Shown: piece after piece, positions 56,411 through 64,000 of the stretch
Position numbering within the stretch: the stretch's first letter is position 1
How the letters are laid out: each line of letters starts with the position of its first letter
DNA from: a virus
Reading direction: 5' to 3' (one strand)
Length of the DNA: 64,000 nucleotides
IMG/VR virus record: IMGVR_UViG_3300037419_000526
Span: 5,172 to 69,171 of that record
The notes under the pieces: model-generated
Seen by the model: only the letters and a program-made list of their open reading frames with translations
What the model was told of the DNA's origin: nothing
Databases searched by the model: none
Translations under genes and position numbers: made by a program

Positions 56411-56477
56411 AATATTCCTATAAATAAAGCCCGCCAGAGCTTCCCCTAGTGAGCCTGCGAGCGGCGGGGGCTACAAC

Positions 56478-56666
56478 TCAGCACTGCCCATATCCTGTAC
56501 AAGCGCCATTGAAGAACCCCCGTTCGTAAGCTTCTTCAATTTCCTCCTTCAACTTCTCAACAATGGCAAGATGATCTTCGTAAAGAACAAACTTGCCAAC
56601 CTCACATTTGCAAGACATGCCCTCTTTATATGTGTCGTAACGTTCAATTTCCATCACATACCCCAA
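56478..56666 (-). CDS. hypothetical protein
   Basis: 62 aa. Confidence 0.4.
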   Translation of the reverse strand: MGYVMEIERYDTYKEGMSCKCEVGKFVLYEDHLAIVEKLKEEIEEAYERGFFNGACTGYGQC

Positions 56667-56854
56667 AATTCATATTCAAGTGTGTAGTCATCGTAACAAT
56701 CCCTCAGTCTTGTCTCAAGTCTCTCGACCTTCTCCAGTAGCCATTGCACTCTGTCCTCATAATCCTCATAATCCTCATACCTCACATACCTGCCATAAGA
56801 AAGAGAAATCTCCCCGTGTTCATTCACCTCGTAACGTGTGATGTCGTTAGTCAT
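56654..56854 (-). CDS. hypothetical protein
   Basis: 66 aa acidic. Confidence 0.4.
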   Translation of the reverse strand: MTNDITRYEVNEHGEISLSYGRYVRYEDYEDYEDRVQWLLEKVERLETRLRDCYDDYTLEYEFWGM

Positions 56855-57083
56855 CTAGTTCATCCTTCCTCGTACCAAACAGCTTCTCCCAGCCACCCTC
56901 TTCCATGAACTTGCGATAGCTTTCCGCATCCCGTTTTTCAGCAGCTTTGCGAATAGGATTGCTATCCATCTCGCTCTGGAGTCCTCTATTCTTCATCTCG
57001 CAAGGGCAATAAGGTTCTCCGTACATTGCACCAAGACATGCGCACAGACGTACGTTATCAAGGTTATATTTGATTTGACTCAT
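56847..57083 (-). CDS. hypothetical Cys-rich protein
   Basis: 78 aa; CACLGAMYGEPYCPC. Confidence 0.4.
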   Translation of the reverse strand: MSQIKYNLDNVRLCACLGAMYGEPYCPCEMKNRGLQSEMDSNPIRKAAEKRDAESYRKFMEEGGWEKLFGTRKDELDD

Positions 57084-57274
57084 AACTTAAAAACTCTAAC
57101 AATGCGAACATCCCCAACATCACATTTGTGATAATCTGCCACCTCGTCTCGCACGTGTTTTGAAAACTTACCAGCCTCCATAGGAAGCCAGCTTGTCAAC
57201 TCAAAGCTCAATGTTGACCATTTAGGTTTACTCTGCATCACTTCACAGTCTACAATATATTGTCGCTTAATCAT
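57080..57274 (-). CDS. hypothetical protein
   Basis: 64 aa. Confidence 0.4.
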   Translation of the reverse strand: MIKRQYIVDCEVMQSKPKWSTLSFELTSWLPMEAGKFSKHVRDEVADYHKCDVGDVRIVRVFKL

Positions 57275-57296
57275 ACAGCCTCCCTAATTTGCAATA

Positions 57297-57650
57297 TTAA
57301 TAAACCCACTTCACGTGCTCACATTTGTTGCATTCAAATTTTGACGGATGGTCACACCACTCGGATTTGTCAACGTATTCATGTTGACACTTGGATTGAA
57401 TTCGCTCAATTCGTTTGTGTTCTTTAGCTTGTGCAAAAGTCAAGCGGCGTTTAGACAAGCCATCAGCAATCTCTTTCTTAAGAGCCTTCTGAATTTTAAC
57501 AAGCTTTGCAATCGTCCGCTGGACATATCGGACATCATTGGACTTATCGTCATACTCCCCACACTCCTTCAAAAAGCGAAGATATCCTGTCTTGTTCTCA
57601 ATCTCATTACTCGTCCGATCAATCAAACTCTGCAATACAGAAATTTCCAT
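57297..57650 (-). CDS. hypothetical protein with C-terminal Cys/His cluster
   Basis: 117 aa; CQHEYVDKSEWCDHPSKFECNKCEH. Confidence 0.4.
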   Translation of the reverse strand: MEISVLQSLIDRTSNEIENKTGYLRFLKECGEYDDKSNDVRYVQRTIAKLVKIQKALKKEIADGLSKRRLTFAQAKEHKRIERIQSKCQHEYVDKSEWCDHPSKFECNKCEHVKWVY

Positions 57651-57810
57651 ACACCCTCCTTAACAATACCAATAAATAAACGTCTGCCCAATCATATACC
57701 CGCAGATGAAACACATGATATAGAACTTCATACATCCACCATATCAGGCAGAACCCCAATACCAACAAGCAGCATAACAATAGTAACAGCGGCACAATAC
57801 AGAAAGTCTT

Positions 57811-58329
57811 TCATTTCGTAAGCTCCTTAAATCTGCGCATGAAGTAAATATAGCTCATGTGGCTGTCCCATGCAATAATTTTATTAGGATAAGCCTCATA
57901 GCCATCATAACAAACTTCCGTAACACATGGCTGCATATCCCTACGTTCAGCCAGAAAGACACGAATATCCGCTTCCTTGATACTTGGATGAAAGGGAAAC
58001 TTCATGCCAAAGCGCTTGCACATGTCAGCTTCAGCGCGCTTCTCCAGCTCGATGTAGCCTGGAAGCATACGTTTCAGAGGGCTGGGGACATCGCACAGGA
58101 AAGCTTCTGTACCATCATGCATAAGTCCTTCCAAAGCATGTTCAGGTGGTACAAGCTTGCTTACGAGGACGCTGTGTTGACTCACATAATAAGGTCTATC
58201 AGTTTGTCCAGAGAATCTGGCTGTGTGCGAAAGACCCCTCGCAATATCCTCTATGGTGTATGTGCTTTTCTCAGGTTCTTCATAATCGAAATGCCCGCCA
58301 TTCAGTAGACTTATACGAAACTTACTCAT
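57811..58329 (-). CDS. HD-domain phosphohydrolase (5'-deoxynucleotidase-like)
   Basis: SQHSVLVS...EGLMHDGTEAFLCD H..HD..E..D pattern. Confidence 0.5.
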   Translation of the reverse strand: MSKFRISLLNGGHFDYEEPEKSTYTIEDIARGLSHTARFSGQTDRPYYVSQHSVLVSKLVPPEHALEGLMHDGTEAFLCDVPSPLKRMLPGYIELEKRAEADMCKRFGMKFPFHPSIKEADIRVFLAERRDMQPCVTEVCYDGYEAYPNKIIAWDSHMSYIYFMRRFKELTK

Positions 58330-58922
58330 CAGTCTGTAATCTCCACAGTGAAATTTAGAAGTGCAGAATATGCACGTACATCCAGCAGGTTTTTGTATTT
58401 TTCTGCTACAGATTTTACATGGGCTTCTTTAAAACATTTATATGCCAAGTGTGCTTCTTCTGGTGTGTCAAAGAAACCTAGAACTTGTGGCTTTCCTGTC
58501 CCGTTATTACATTGTGCGATAAATCTAGGAGTTTTCTTGCATCGCATTGTAACTCCTATTGGGTAGGCACCTCGCTCATCTTTTCTTGTAACCAGCATAT
58601 TGTTAATTTCAGGCGGTAAGAAAACACAAGTGTGCTCTCCGTACACTTTATTTCCTTTTACTAGAAGGTCTTTATCTAAATGCCAACTTTCGTTACCAAA
58701 ACCTACTTGAGTATTACACCACTCTGCAAACAACTGAAACTCATTGAATAGCGGGGTGCAAGAGCAGCCTACGTAAGTTGGACGCTTTTCCCACGTCTTT
58801 CCTGGGTAAGCCCTTGCTAACATTTTTGTCCAGTACTCTTTTTCTCTTGTATGTACTCCATTGACACTTCCTTTATACTTACCCTCTCTGTATATACCAT
58901 ATTTTCTTGTTGCCACAACCAC
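58329..58922 (-). CDS. AP2-domain homing-endonuclease-like protein (paralog 1)
   Basis: W.LDKDLLVKGNKVYGEHTCVFLP and C-terminal LGFFDTPEEAHLAYKCF AP2-like; paralogous to 60541..61170. Confidence 0.4.
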   Translation of the reverse strand: MVVATRKYGIYREGKYKGSVNGVHTREKEYWTKMLARAYPGKTWEKRPTYVGCSCTPLFNEFQLFAEWCNTQVGFGNESWHLDKDLLVKGNKVYGEHTCVFLPPEINNMLVTRKDERGAYPIGVTMRCKKTPRFIAQCNNGTGKPQVLGFFDTPEEAHLAYKCFKEAHVKSVAEKYKNLLDVRAYSALLNFTVEITD

Positions 58923-59021
58923 CTCCTAAATTTGTGTTGACGCTTCATAATAGCCCACCTTCCATAAGAATGCAAGCGTTTTCTACAAATAAAAATGCCC
59001 CGCACAAAGCGAGGCTAAAAA

Positions 59022-59735
59022 TCATTCTACAGGTTGTTCTTGCGCGGCCTTGATACGCTTGGTGCGAGGCTTCTTAGAAGGTTGCTGAGCTTCTTCCATC
59101 TTGCGCTTTGCATACTCGTTACGAGCTTGAGCACGCCGCATCCACTCGTCAGCATCCAGCCACATGTCTACACCTTTAATCACGTCTTCGATCTCCCCTT
59201 CAGTAAGAAAGCCCTCATACGTATCCCGCAAGGAGCGTTCAAACCACTTTGCAGTGAATGCTGTTTCGCTCTTGTAGTCGGAGAACTTTCCGCCAGAGCC
59301 CGTAGAGCCGTTGTGAATAAGGCTGCTAAAATTCTCAGACAGCGTGAAGTGGTCTGCTTCTAGAAGAATCATCGTACCAGCGCTATGAACCCCTCCAGAT
59401 GCGCGTACAACAATAGGTGCCTCACACTCTCGCATTGCTTGGATGAAAGTGTCAGTGGCATCAATAGAGCCTCCGCAGGTCTGCAAGTTGATAACAATTG
59501 TATCATTCTCAGACGCCATACGCATGACTTCGATAGCACCGATAAACTGTGTAGGGCACTCTATAGCACCAAACAAGTAGATGTGGTAGGTGCCAGACTT
59601 GTGCGGCTCGTAGCTGATTGGGAATTGATTAGAATCATCACCGTAGCGAGACAGTTTCTTTTGTTCCATTTGTTCCTCCTTAGTTATGGTAGTACATCTT
59701 GACGAACGCACGGCAGAGGCCAGAGCGCACAACAT
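59022..59735 (-). CDS. ClpP-like (S14 family) serine protease
   Basis: IYLFGAIE...VINLQTCGGSIDATD...PIVVRASGGVHSAGTMIL ClpP/prohead-protease signature. Confidence 0.55.
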   Translation of the reverse strand: MLCALASAVRSSRCTTITKEEQMEQKKLSRYGDDSNQFPISYEPHKSGTYHIYLFGAIECPTQFIGAIEVMRMASENDTIVINLQTCGGSIDATDTFIQAMRECEAPIVVRASGGVHSAGTMILLEADHFTLSENFSSLIHNGSTGSGGKFSDYKSETAFTAKWFERSLRDTYEGFLTEGEIEDVIKGVDMWLDADEWMRRAQARNEYAKRKMEEAQQPSKKPRTKRIKAAQEQPVE

Positions 59736-60459
59736 CGTCAGGTGTGAAAGTTACGATGCCAATGTTTTGTGCCATGCATTGCAAATCTTCGTCGCTCAGA
59801 TAGTCGGGCATGCTGCCTGTTACGTCGTCAATCATCGCAATCGTCTCCATCAGCCCGCTCTTGCCCTTTAGATCGTTCTGCTTCTGATCCCCTGTGAGGA
59901 CAAGCTGACAGCCATCGCCAATACGGGTAAGAATCGCTTCAAGCTCGTCTGAGGTCAAATTCTGACTCTCCTCCACAATGACAAGAGCGTTCTCAATGCT
60001 CATACCACGAATGTGTTCCACACTCAGCATTTCCACTTTCTTGCTCGTCAGGCAGTAGCCGAGGAAGCCTTTGCCCATAAATTTACCAAGATGCTCAAGC
60101 GTTTGCTTGAAGAACGGAAGCAGTTTTTCTTCTAGAGTCCCCGGCAATGCACCGTTACTCTTACCTGTAGAAACGTTAGCACGAACAAGAAAAATCTTAT
60201 CAATCTTCTTTGTGCGCAGGAGTTCAGAGCCGTGGTAAGCAGCAAGGAAAGATTTGCCTGTACCAGCGGAGCCAATAGCAAACACCACTTGTCGCCCTTC
60301 TTGCAGATATTGTAACAACGTCTTCTGCCGAGGATTGGCGTGTTTGATAGTCAGTTGCTTTTGTTGCACAGGAACAACAGCTTCCCCTGCAACTACCTCT
60401 ACAACAGGCTGCTCGCCAGTTTTCTGCTTTCGTGTAAGACGCTTAGCATTGTTGGACAT
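59680..60459 (-). CDS. PhoH-like ATPase
   Basis: Walker A AIGSAGTGKSFLA; PhoH-type architecture. Confidence 0.65.
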   Translation of the reverse strand: MSNNAKRLTRKQKTGEQPVVEVVAGEAVVPVQQKQLTIKHANPRQKTLLQYLQEGRQVVFAIGSAGTGKSFLAAYHGSELLRTKKIDKIFLVRANVSTGKSNGALPGTLEEKLLPFFKQTLEHLGKFMGKGFLGYCLTSKKVEMLSVEHIRGMSIENALVIVEESQNLTSDELEAILTRIGDGCQLVLTGDQKQNDLKGKSGLMETIAMIDDVTGSMPDYLSDEDLQCMAQNIGIVTFTPDDVVRSGLCRAFVKMYYHN

Positions 60460-60540
60460 TAGTTATCCTCGTAAAAATGTTAATGGAATGCCCAACAGGT
60501 TTGTCAGACACTCCAATCTTATCCTACATGTTGTAATCTG

Positions 60541-61170
60541 TCAAACTTGCGGTTCGTAGGAGCAAAGTGCTCGGTATGCACGACTGTCCAAATCGGCCTT
60601 GTACTGTTCAGCAACCCGCTTGACGTACTCGATTTTTGCACTTCGATACGCTGCAAACGCTTCTTCGGCGGTGTTATACCTCCCTAGGTTAATACGCTTG
60701 CCGCTCTCACTGAGTTGAGCTTTAAATTTACCAGACCCACACCTTTTCTCGAAATACACCCCAACCGGAAGACTGCCACGGGCCTTATTGCAATCAAGCA
60801 GAATGTAGTTCAGTTTAGGAGGTAAGAATACACAAGTCTCTTCGCTGTACACCTTGTTTCCGGGAACGAGTAGGTCTTTATCCAACTGCCATACGTTTGC
60901 ATTCTCGTCGCGTAGATTAAAACCCTTCTGCTCGTTGCACCACTTTGCAAAGAATTGGTAGTCCTTAAAGTTCTCACTCGCGCTGCATCCTGCATACGTG
61001 GGCCATTTATCCCAGTGTCCGTGCAGATTAAATGCTCTCTCAAGCATGCTTTTCCAACACTGGTATTCTCGGCATACCTTTCCATCTACCATACACAAAA
61101 ACTCACCTTTGTAGTATCTCATTCTATACTTCCAACCATTCCACGTCACTAGAATAACAACGTTCCTCAA
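60541..61170 (-). CDS. AP2-domain homing-endonuclease-like protein (paralog 2)
   Basis: WQLDKDLLVPGNKVYSEETCVFLPP and LGRYNTAEEAFAAYRSA. Confidence 0.4.
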   Translation of the reverse strand: MRNVVILVTWNGWKYRMRYYKGEFLCMVDGKVCREYQCWKSMLERAFNLHGHWDKWPTYAGCSASENFKDYQFFAKWCNEQKGFNLRDENANVWQLDKDLLVPGNKVYSEETCVFLPPKLNYILLDCNKARGSLPVGVYFEKRCGSGKFKAQLSESGKRINLGRYNTAEEAFAAYRSAKIEYVKRVAEQYKADLDSRAYRALCSYEPQV

Positions 61171-61363
61171 TCCCCAAACTTGTTACGTATATAGTTGCGA
61201 CAAACCCTTCTTCTAGGAGGTCCACTGCACCGATGTCAGAGATGTGCCCAAAGCCGTAGTCGTACTTGACAACAGTGCCCTTACGCAGCTTGTAGATTTC
61301 CACTTCAGCATTACTGAACTTCACCTTCATCACCATCCCCTTTGTTAGCCTTCTTAGCCGCAA
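61124..61363 (-). CDS. hypothetical protein
   Basis: 79 aa. Confidence 0.4.
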   Translation of the reverse strand: MRLRRLTKGMVMKVKFSNAEVEIYKLRKGTVVKYDYGFGHISDIGAVDLLEEGFVATIYVTSLGIEERCYSSDVEWLEV

Positions 61364-61667
61364 GATTCTTCATACGAGTTTCACGAGCCTTGTTCATATT
61401 CTCAACCCGCTTCTGTGTCGTCATCACGTCACGGCCTTCAATAGAGGCTTCAAAGTGAGCTTTGGCGGCAGCAATCGTGTCAGCATTACGGATAAGATGC
61501 ACTTCAAAGATTACGAAATTGTAGAAAGGGTCACGATCAGGGTCTACAATCCAGCCATACGAAGCGCTCTTTGCAACTTCTACAACAGCTTCATAGAAGT
61601 TTGTAGTTACGATGGATTTGTACTCGGTGGTGCGATCTGCGGAGGTGGTTTCGATAAGGTCTGTCAT
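61311..61667 (-). CDS. hypothetical protein
   Basis: 118 aa. Confidence 0.4.
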   Translation of the reverse strand: MTDLIETTSADRTTEYKSIVTTNFYEAVVEVAKSASYGWIVDPDRDPFYNFVIFEVHLIRNADTIAAAKAHFEASIEGRDVMTTQKRVENMNKARETRMKNLAAKKANKGDGDEGEVQ

Positions 61668-61810
61668 TTAGTTTCTTTCTGTTGTTTGTTAGTCTTACGG
61701 ATTGGTGTGCTGTCATCAATATAAATTTCAGCAAATCTTAAGTCTTCAAAGTCTGCAATGTTCTGCTCGTGGCGTGCAGCTTCCTCTACAATGTCGTCTA
61801 GCAGGGTCAT
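61664..61810 (-). CDS. hypothetical small protein
   Basis: 48 aa from MTLLDDIVEE; avoids overlap with upstream gene. Confidence 0.35.
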   Translation of the reverse strand: MTLLDDIVEEAARHEQNIADFEDLRFAEIYIDDSTPIRKTNKQQKETK

Positions 61811-62028
61811 TAGATTTCCTTTTGCACAACAGCCATCACTGGACCTTTTACATCCCACCAGTGATCTGTGCAGCCAAGAATTTGCTCGCGAACACACCAG
61901 ATTGCACGGTTGTAGCTGTCTGCGTAGTCTACATTTGTGCTGGCAGGCTTGCCATTATCACGAAAATAAACTTTTACATTTTTAAGCATATTCAGTCTCC
62001 TGTTTAAATTGTTGCAGCTTTGCAACAT
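61810..62028 (-). CDS. hypothetical protein
   Basis: 72 aa. Confidence 0.4.
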   Translation of the reverse strand: MLQSCNNLNRRLNMLKNVKVYFRDNGKPASTNVDYADSYNRAIWCVREQILGCTDHWWDVKGPVMAVVQKEI

Positions 62029-62164
62029 ACATATTTGGTGTGGTACGTGGTGCGAAACGTCCGCACAGAGGTGTCCCCTCTTCGTCTACAACGATGAAGC
62101 TTTCACGTTTGCGTTGTAGAGAGTTTGTATCAACAATCTTACCAGTGCAGGTGGTGACGATCAT
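61982..62164 (-). CDS. hypothetical protein
   Basis: 60 aa. Confidence 0.35.
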   Translation of the reverse strand: MIVTTCTGKIVDTNSLQRKRESFIVVDEEGTPLCGRFAPRTTPNMYVAKLQQFKQETEYA

Positions 62165-62242
62165 AATAATCTCCTTAAAGTGGCTTGCGAAGCAGCAAGT
62201 GAAGTGGATAGTACACCGTCAGAACTGTTGTGTCAACCTAAA

Positions 62243-62271
62243 ATTGACAAGAATGGCTTCAGCTGATACAA
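62243..62271 (+). promoter_or_regulatory. sigma70 promoter TTGACA-N17-TACAAT
   Basis: TTGACA 62243-62248, TACAAT 62266-62271. Confidence 0.5.
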
Positions 62272-62307
62272 TTCTTCTCAGTTAAGAATTTTAAGGAGGA
62301 TGTTCAC

Positions 62308-62679
62308 ATGAGTGAACTTGTACCAACAAAACAACAGGCGATCTTCAAGAAAGACCACGAGCTTAAGAAGCTTGTTAGCAGCTTGAAGAAGATTAGTAAG
62401 AAGGCCATCGAGACGCTAGAGCGAGGGCTTGACAGTGAGGATGAGCGTGTACGTATGCTTGCAGCGGAGAAATTGCTGAAGTTCTACGTAGATACGTCTA
62501 ACGAGATTAATGCCGACGAGTTGAAGCGTCTGCTGCTGGAAGTGAAGGCAAGTGGGCTGATTGGGGCTGGCTCTACAGCGCGGGAAGATGACGACACGCC
62601 AGCGTTGGATTTTGAGAACATTTCTGAGGAATTCAGGGATGCGCCTGTAATTGACATGGGTAACGTAAATAAGATTTGA
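62308..62679 (+). CDS. hypothetical protein (helical/coiled-coil)
   Basis: 123 aa; AAGGAGGA RBS. Confidence 0.5.
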   Translation: MSELVPTKQQAIFKKDHELKKLVSSLKKISKKAIETLERGLDSEDERVRMLAAEKLLKFYVDTSNEINADELKRLLLEVKASGLIGAGSTAREDDDTPALDFENISEEFRDAPVIDMGNVNKI

Positions 62680-62984
62680 CAAGATGGGTTCGATGTGTCA
62701 TAATTCTCTTTGCTACCCAATAGCAATCATGACTAGCACACCGGTACACGCACAGACTCCCCGACTTCATCTGGTGCAGTATAACAGCCAAGACCCTCTC
62801 CTAGAAGCTTTCTGCATGCTAGTGAAGGAACAGCTTTTAGAGCATGCCTTTAGCTCTTACAGAATTGGCATTCGGCTTCCACAAGAGGCCGTTTTCAAGA
62901 CGCTTCCTCTACAGGGTAGGTGCCCCTCCTCATCAGCTTTGTGGCAGTTGAGGCGTCCTGAAAATTAAAGTTAGAGTATTACTT

Positions 62985-63056
62985 GCTGGATTGGCTGAAA
63001 GATTAGGCACTTTACTTGTAATAAAGACAATGTGGGTTTGAGTCCTACATCCAGCA
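62985..63056 (+). tRNA. atypical tRNA-Thr(UGU)-like gene or tRNA pseudogene
   Basis: 7-bp acceptor GCTGGAT/ATCCAGC, anticodon stem CTTTA/TAAAG, loop CTTGTAA, T-stem GTGGG/CCTAC; 3-bp D-stem; lacks G18G19 and C56. Confidence 0.4.
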
Positions 63057-63077
63057 AATAGTGCTTTAACAGAATAT

Positions 63078-63150
63078 GCGGGATTAGCTCAGTTGGTAGA
63101 GCATCTGATTTCCAATCAGAATGTCGTCAGTTCAAGCCTGACATTCCGCT
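63078..63150 (+). tRNA. tRNA-Gly (anticodon UCC)
   Basis: canonical cloverleaf: GCGGGAT acceptor, D-arm GCTC/AGTTGGTA/GAGC, anticodon loop TTTCCAA, T-arm GTCAG/TTCAAGC/CTGAC, discriminator U; no encoded CCA. Confidence 0.85.
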
Positions 63151-63422
63151 CTCGTCTCTACTACCTTAGAGATTGTTAGCCTTACGGTTGACGAGGCTTC
63201 TTAGAGAAGCTAACGAGCACGGTGGAATTCCGTGCCACAAAGAGCGCTGGCCCACAAATTCAGTGGAGCGGTGGGCATCTGGCCCGGCATTTACAACATC
63301 ACGCCTGAAGAAGCTATTGCAGAAAGCCTTATGGCTCGCGTGGATCACTCCCAGCCGGGGAATAAATGAGTGTCCCTTCATTGATGACAGCCGGAAAGAC
63401 GGCACGAACACAAGGAGAAGAT

Positions 63423-63722
63423 ATGAGTGATGATACTAAGACATTCTATGCGGACGCCGGAAAGGGCGATAGGCCGCGCGGCACAGGTTGGAAGAGCTAT
63501 TACGATAATTTCGATGCAATCTTCGGTAAGAAAGACACGGCTTCGGAAGCAGTTCAAGTAGACAAACTGTCTGACGTTGGCGACAAAGACGTTGGGATTA
63601 TCGTTACAGGAAACATTGAGTGTGACCCTAACGTTGTATGGAAGCTGGATGCTGACGGGTCTATTGTAAAAGAATCTGGTTGTAGCGCTTTGTCGGACGG
63701 TCAAGAAGCCAACGTGGGCTGA
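63423..63722 (+). CDS. hypothetical protein
   Basis: 99 aa from MSDDTKTF; AAGGAGAAG RBS. Confidence 0.4.
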   Translation: MSDDTKTFYADAGKGDRPRGTGWKSYYDNFDAIFGKKDTASEAVQVDKLSDVGDKDVGIIVTGNIECDPNVVWKLDADGSIVKESGCSALSDGQEANVG

Positions 63723-64000
63723 CCTATAATACACGTAATAATTTGCCTAGAGGGACTTTGCTCCGATTGGGCATAACCGCGAAAGCGGGCAAGAGGCTGA
63801 GGGCGTCAGCATGGACGCTAAAGTGGGCTGGCAAGGTAGAGTGGCGTGGCCCCACCGAATATTATATAGCTGCACGGCAGGGATGCTGTGTGGCTTTTTG
63901 TTGTTCATATTAAGGGAATACATATGACAGAAAAGAAACAAAAGAAAGTCTATGGTCCCGCAAGCGAAAAGCAACGTCTTATTCTAACAGATAAGACTAC

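Noticed and set aside
63151-63420. Additional tRNA after tRNA-Gly
   Set aside because: Small hairpins are present (GTTAGC...GCTAAC, CACGG..CCGTG). No acceptor/T-arm cloverleaf could be assembled.
1-64000. CRISPR arrays or other regularly spaced direct repeats
   Set aside because: No repeat-spacer periodicity was seen anywhere in the window.

Overview
This 64 kb window reads as a contiguous piece of a large, apparently lytic tailed-phage (Caudoviricetes) genome. Every call is from reading the sequence; no searches were run.

Layout, left to right:
1. 1-9.2 kb, + strand: tail module. A 5'-partial tape-measure gene, a tail protein, a 939-aa fibre with triplicated internal repeats, and two downstream tail-associated ORFs.
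2. 9.2-11.7 kb, + strand: a GIY-YIG homing endonuclease, an NlpC/P60-like hydrolase and the lysis cassette (membrane protein, GH19-type endolysin, 2-TM holin-like protein), closed by an intrinsic terminator.
3. 11.9-38.1 kb, - strand: a long leftward replication/nucleotide-metabolism block. It holds glutaredoxin-nrdA-[HNH]-nrdB, a MazG-like protein, an HTH-metallophosphatase, a FEN-type 5'-3' exonuclease, SSB with an E. coli-like DFDDIEDTPF tail, a family-A DNA polymerase, a T7 gp4-like primase-helicase, an SPFH/band-7 membrane module, a ThyX-like protein, a secreted SleB-like cell-wall hydrolase and an ATP-dependent DNA ligase. Many ATGA-coupled tiny ORFs sit between these.
4. 38.2-54.3 kb, + strand: an early-type region of about 45 small genes. 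They are driven by repeated near-consensus sigma70 promoters, notably a gcTTGACA-N17-TAAGAT family. Two antisense GIY-YIG cassettes are inserted here, each with a homologous small partner gene and its own TTGAC(A/G)-N17-TATAAT promoter. The region also holds a 424-aa protein with Pol A-like motifs A/B/C in order, a prepilin-like mini-pilin, two Rmf-like micro-proteins and a duplicated 99-aa gene. About 300-nt C-rich/G-poor tracts lie just beyond each end (39.0-39.3 kb on + and 54.5-54.9 kb on -).
5. 55.1-62.2 kb, - strand: a small serine recombinase flanked by an 11-bp direct repeat, an HNH endonuclease, an HD hydrolase, a ClpP-like protease, a PhoH-like ATPase and two paralogous AP2-type endonuclease-like genes.
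6. 62.2-64.0 kb, + strand: a canonical tRNA-Gly(UCC) and an atypical tRNA-Thr-like gene, then a structured leader and the first 77 nt of an ORF at the window edge (63924..64000).

I count about 10 homing-endonuclease-type genes. I found no CRISPR array, no integrase/attP and no repressor-type lysogeny module.

The candidates I would follow up first are the Pol A-like 424-aa protein, the mini-pilin/Rmf-like/membrane micro-gene cluster, the duplicated small-protein + GIY-YIG cassettes, the recombinase with flanking direct repeats, and the C-rich tracts.
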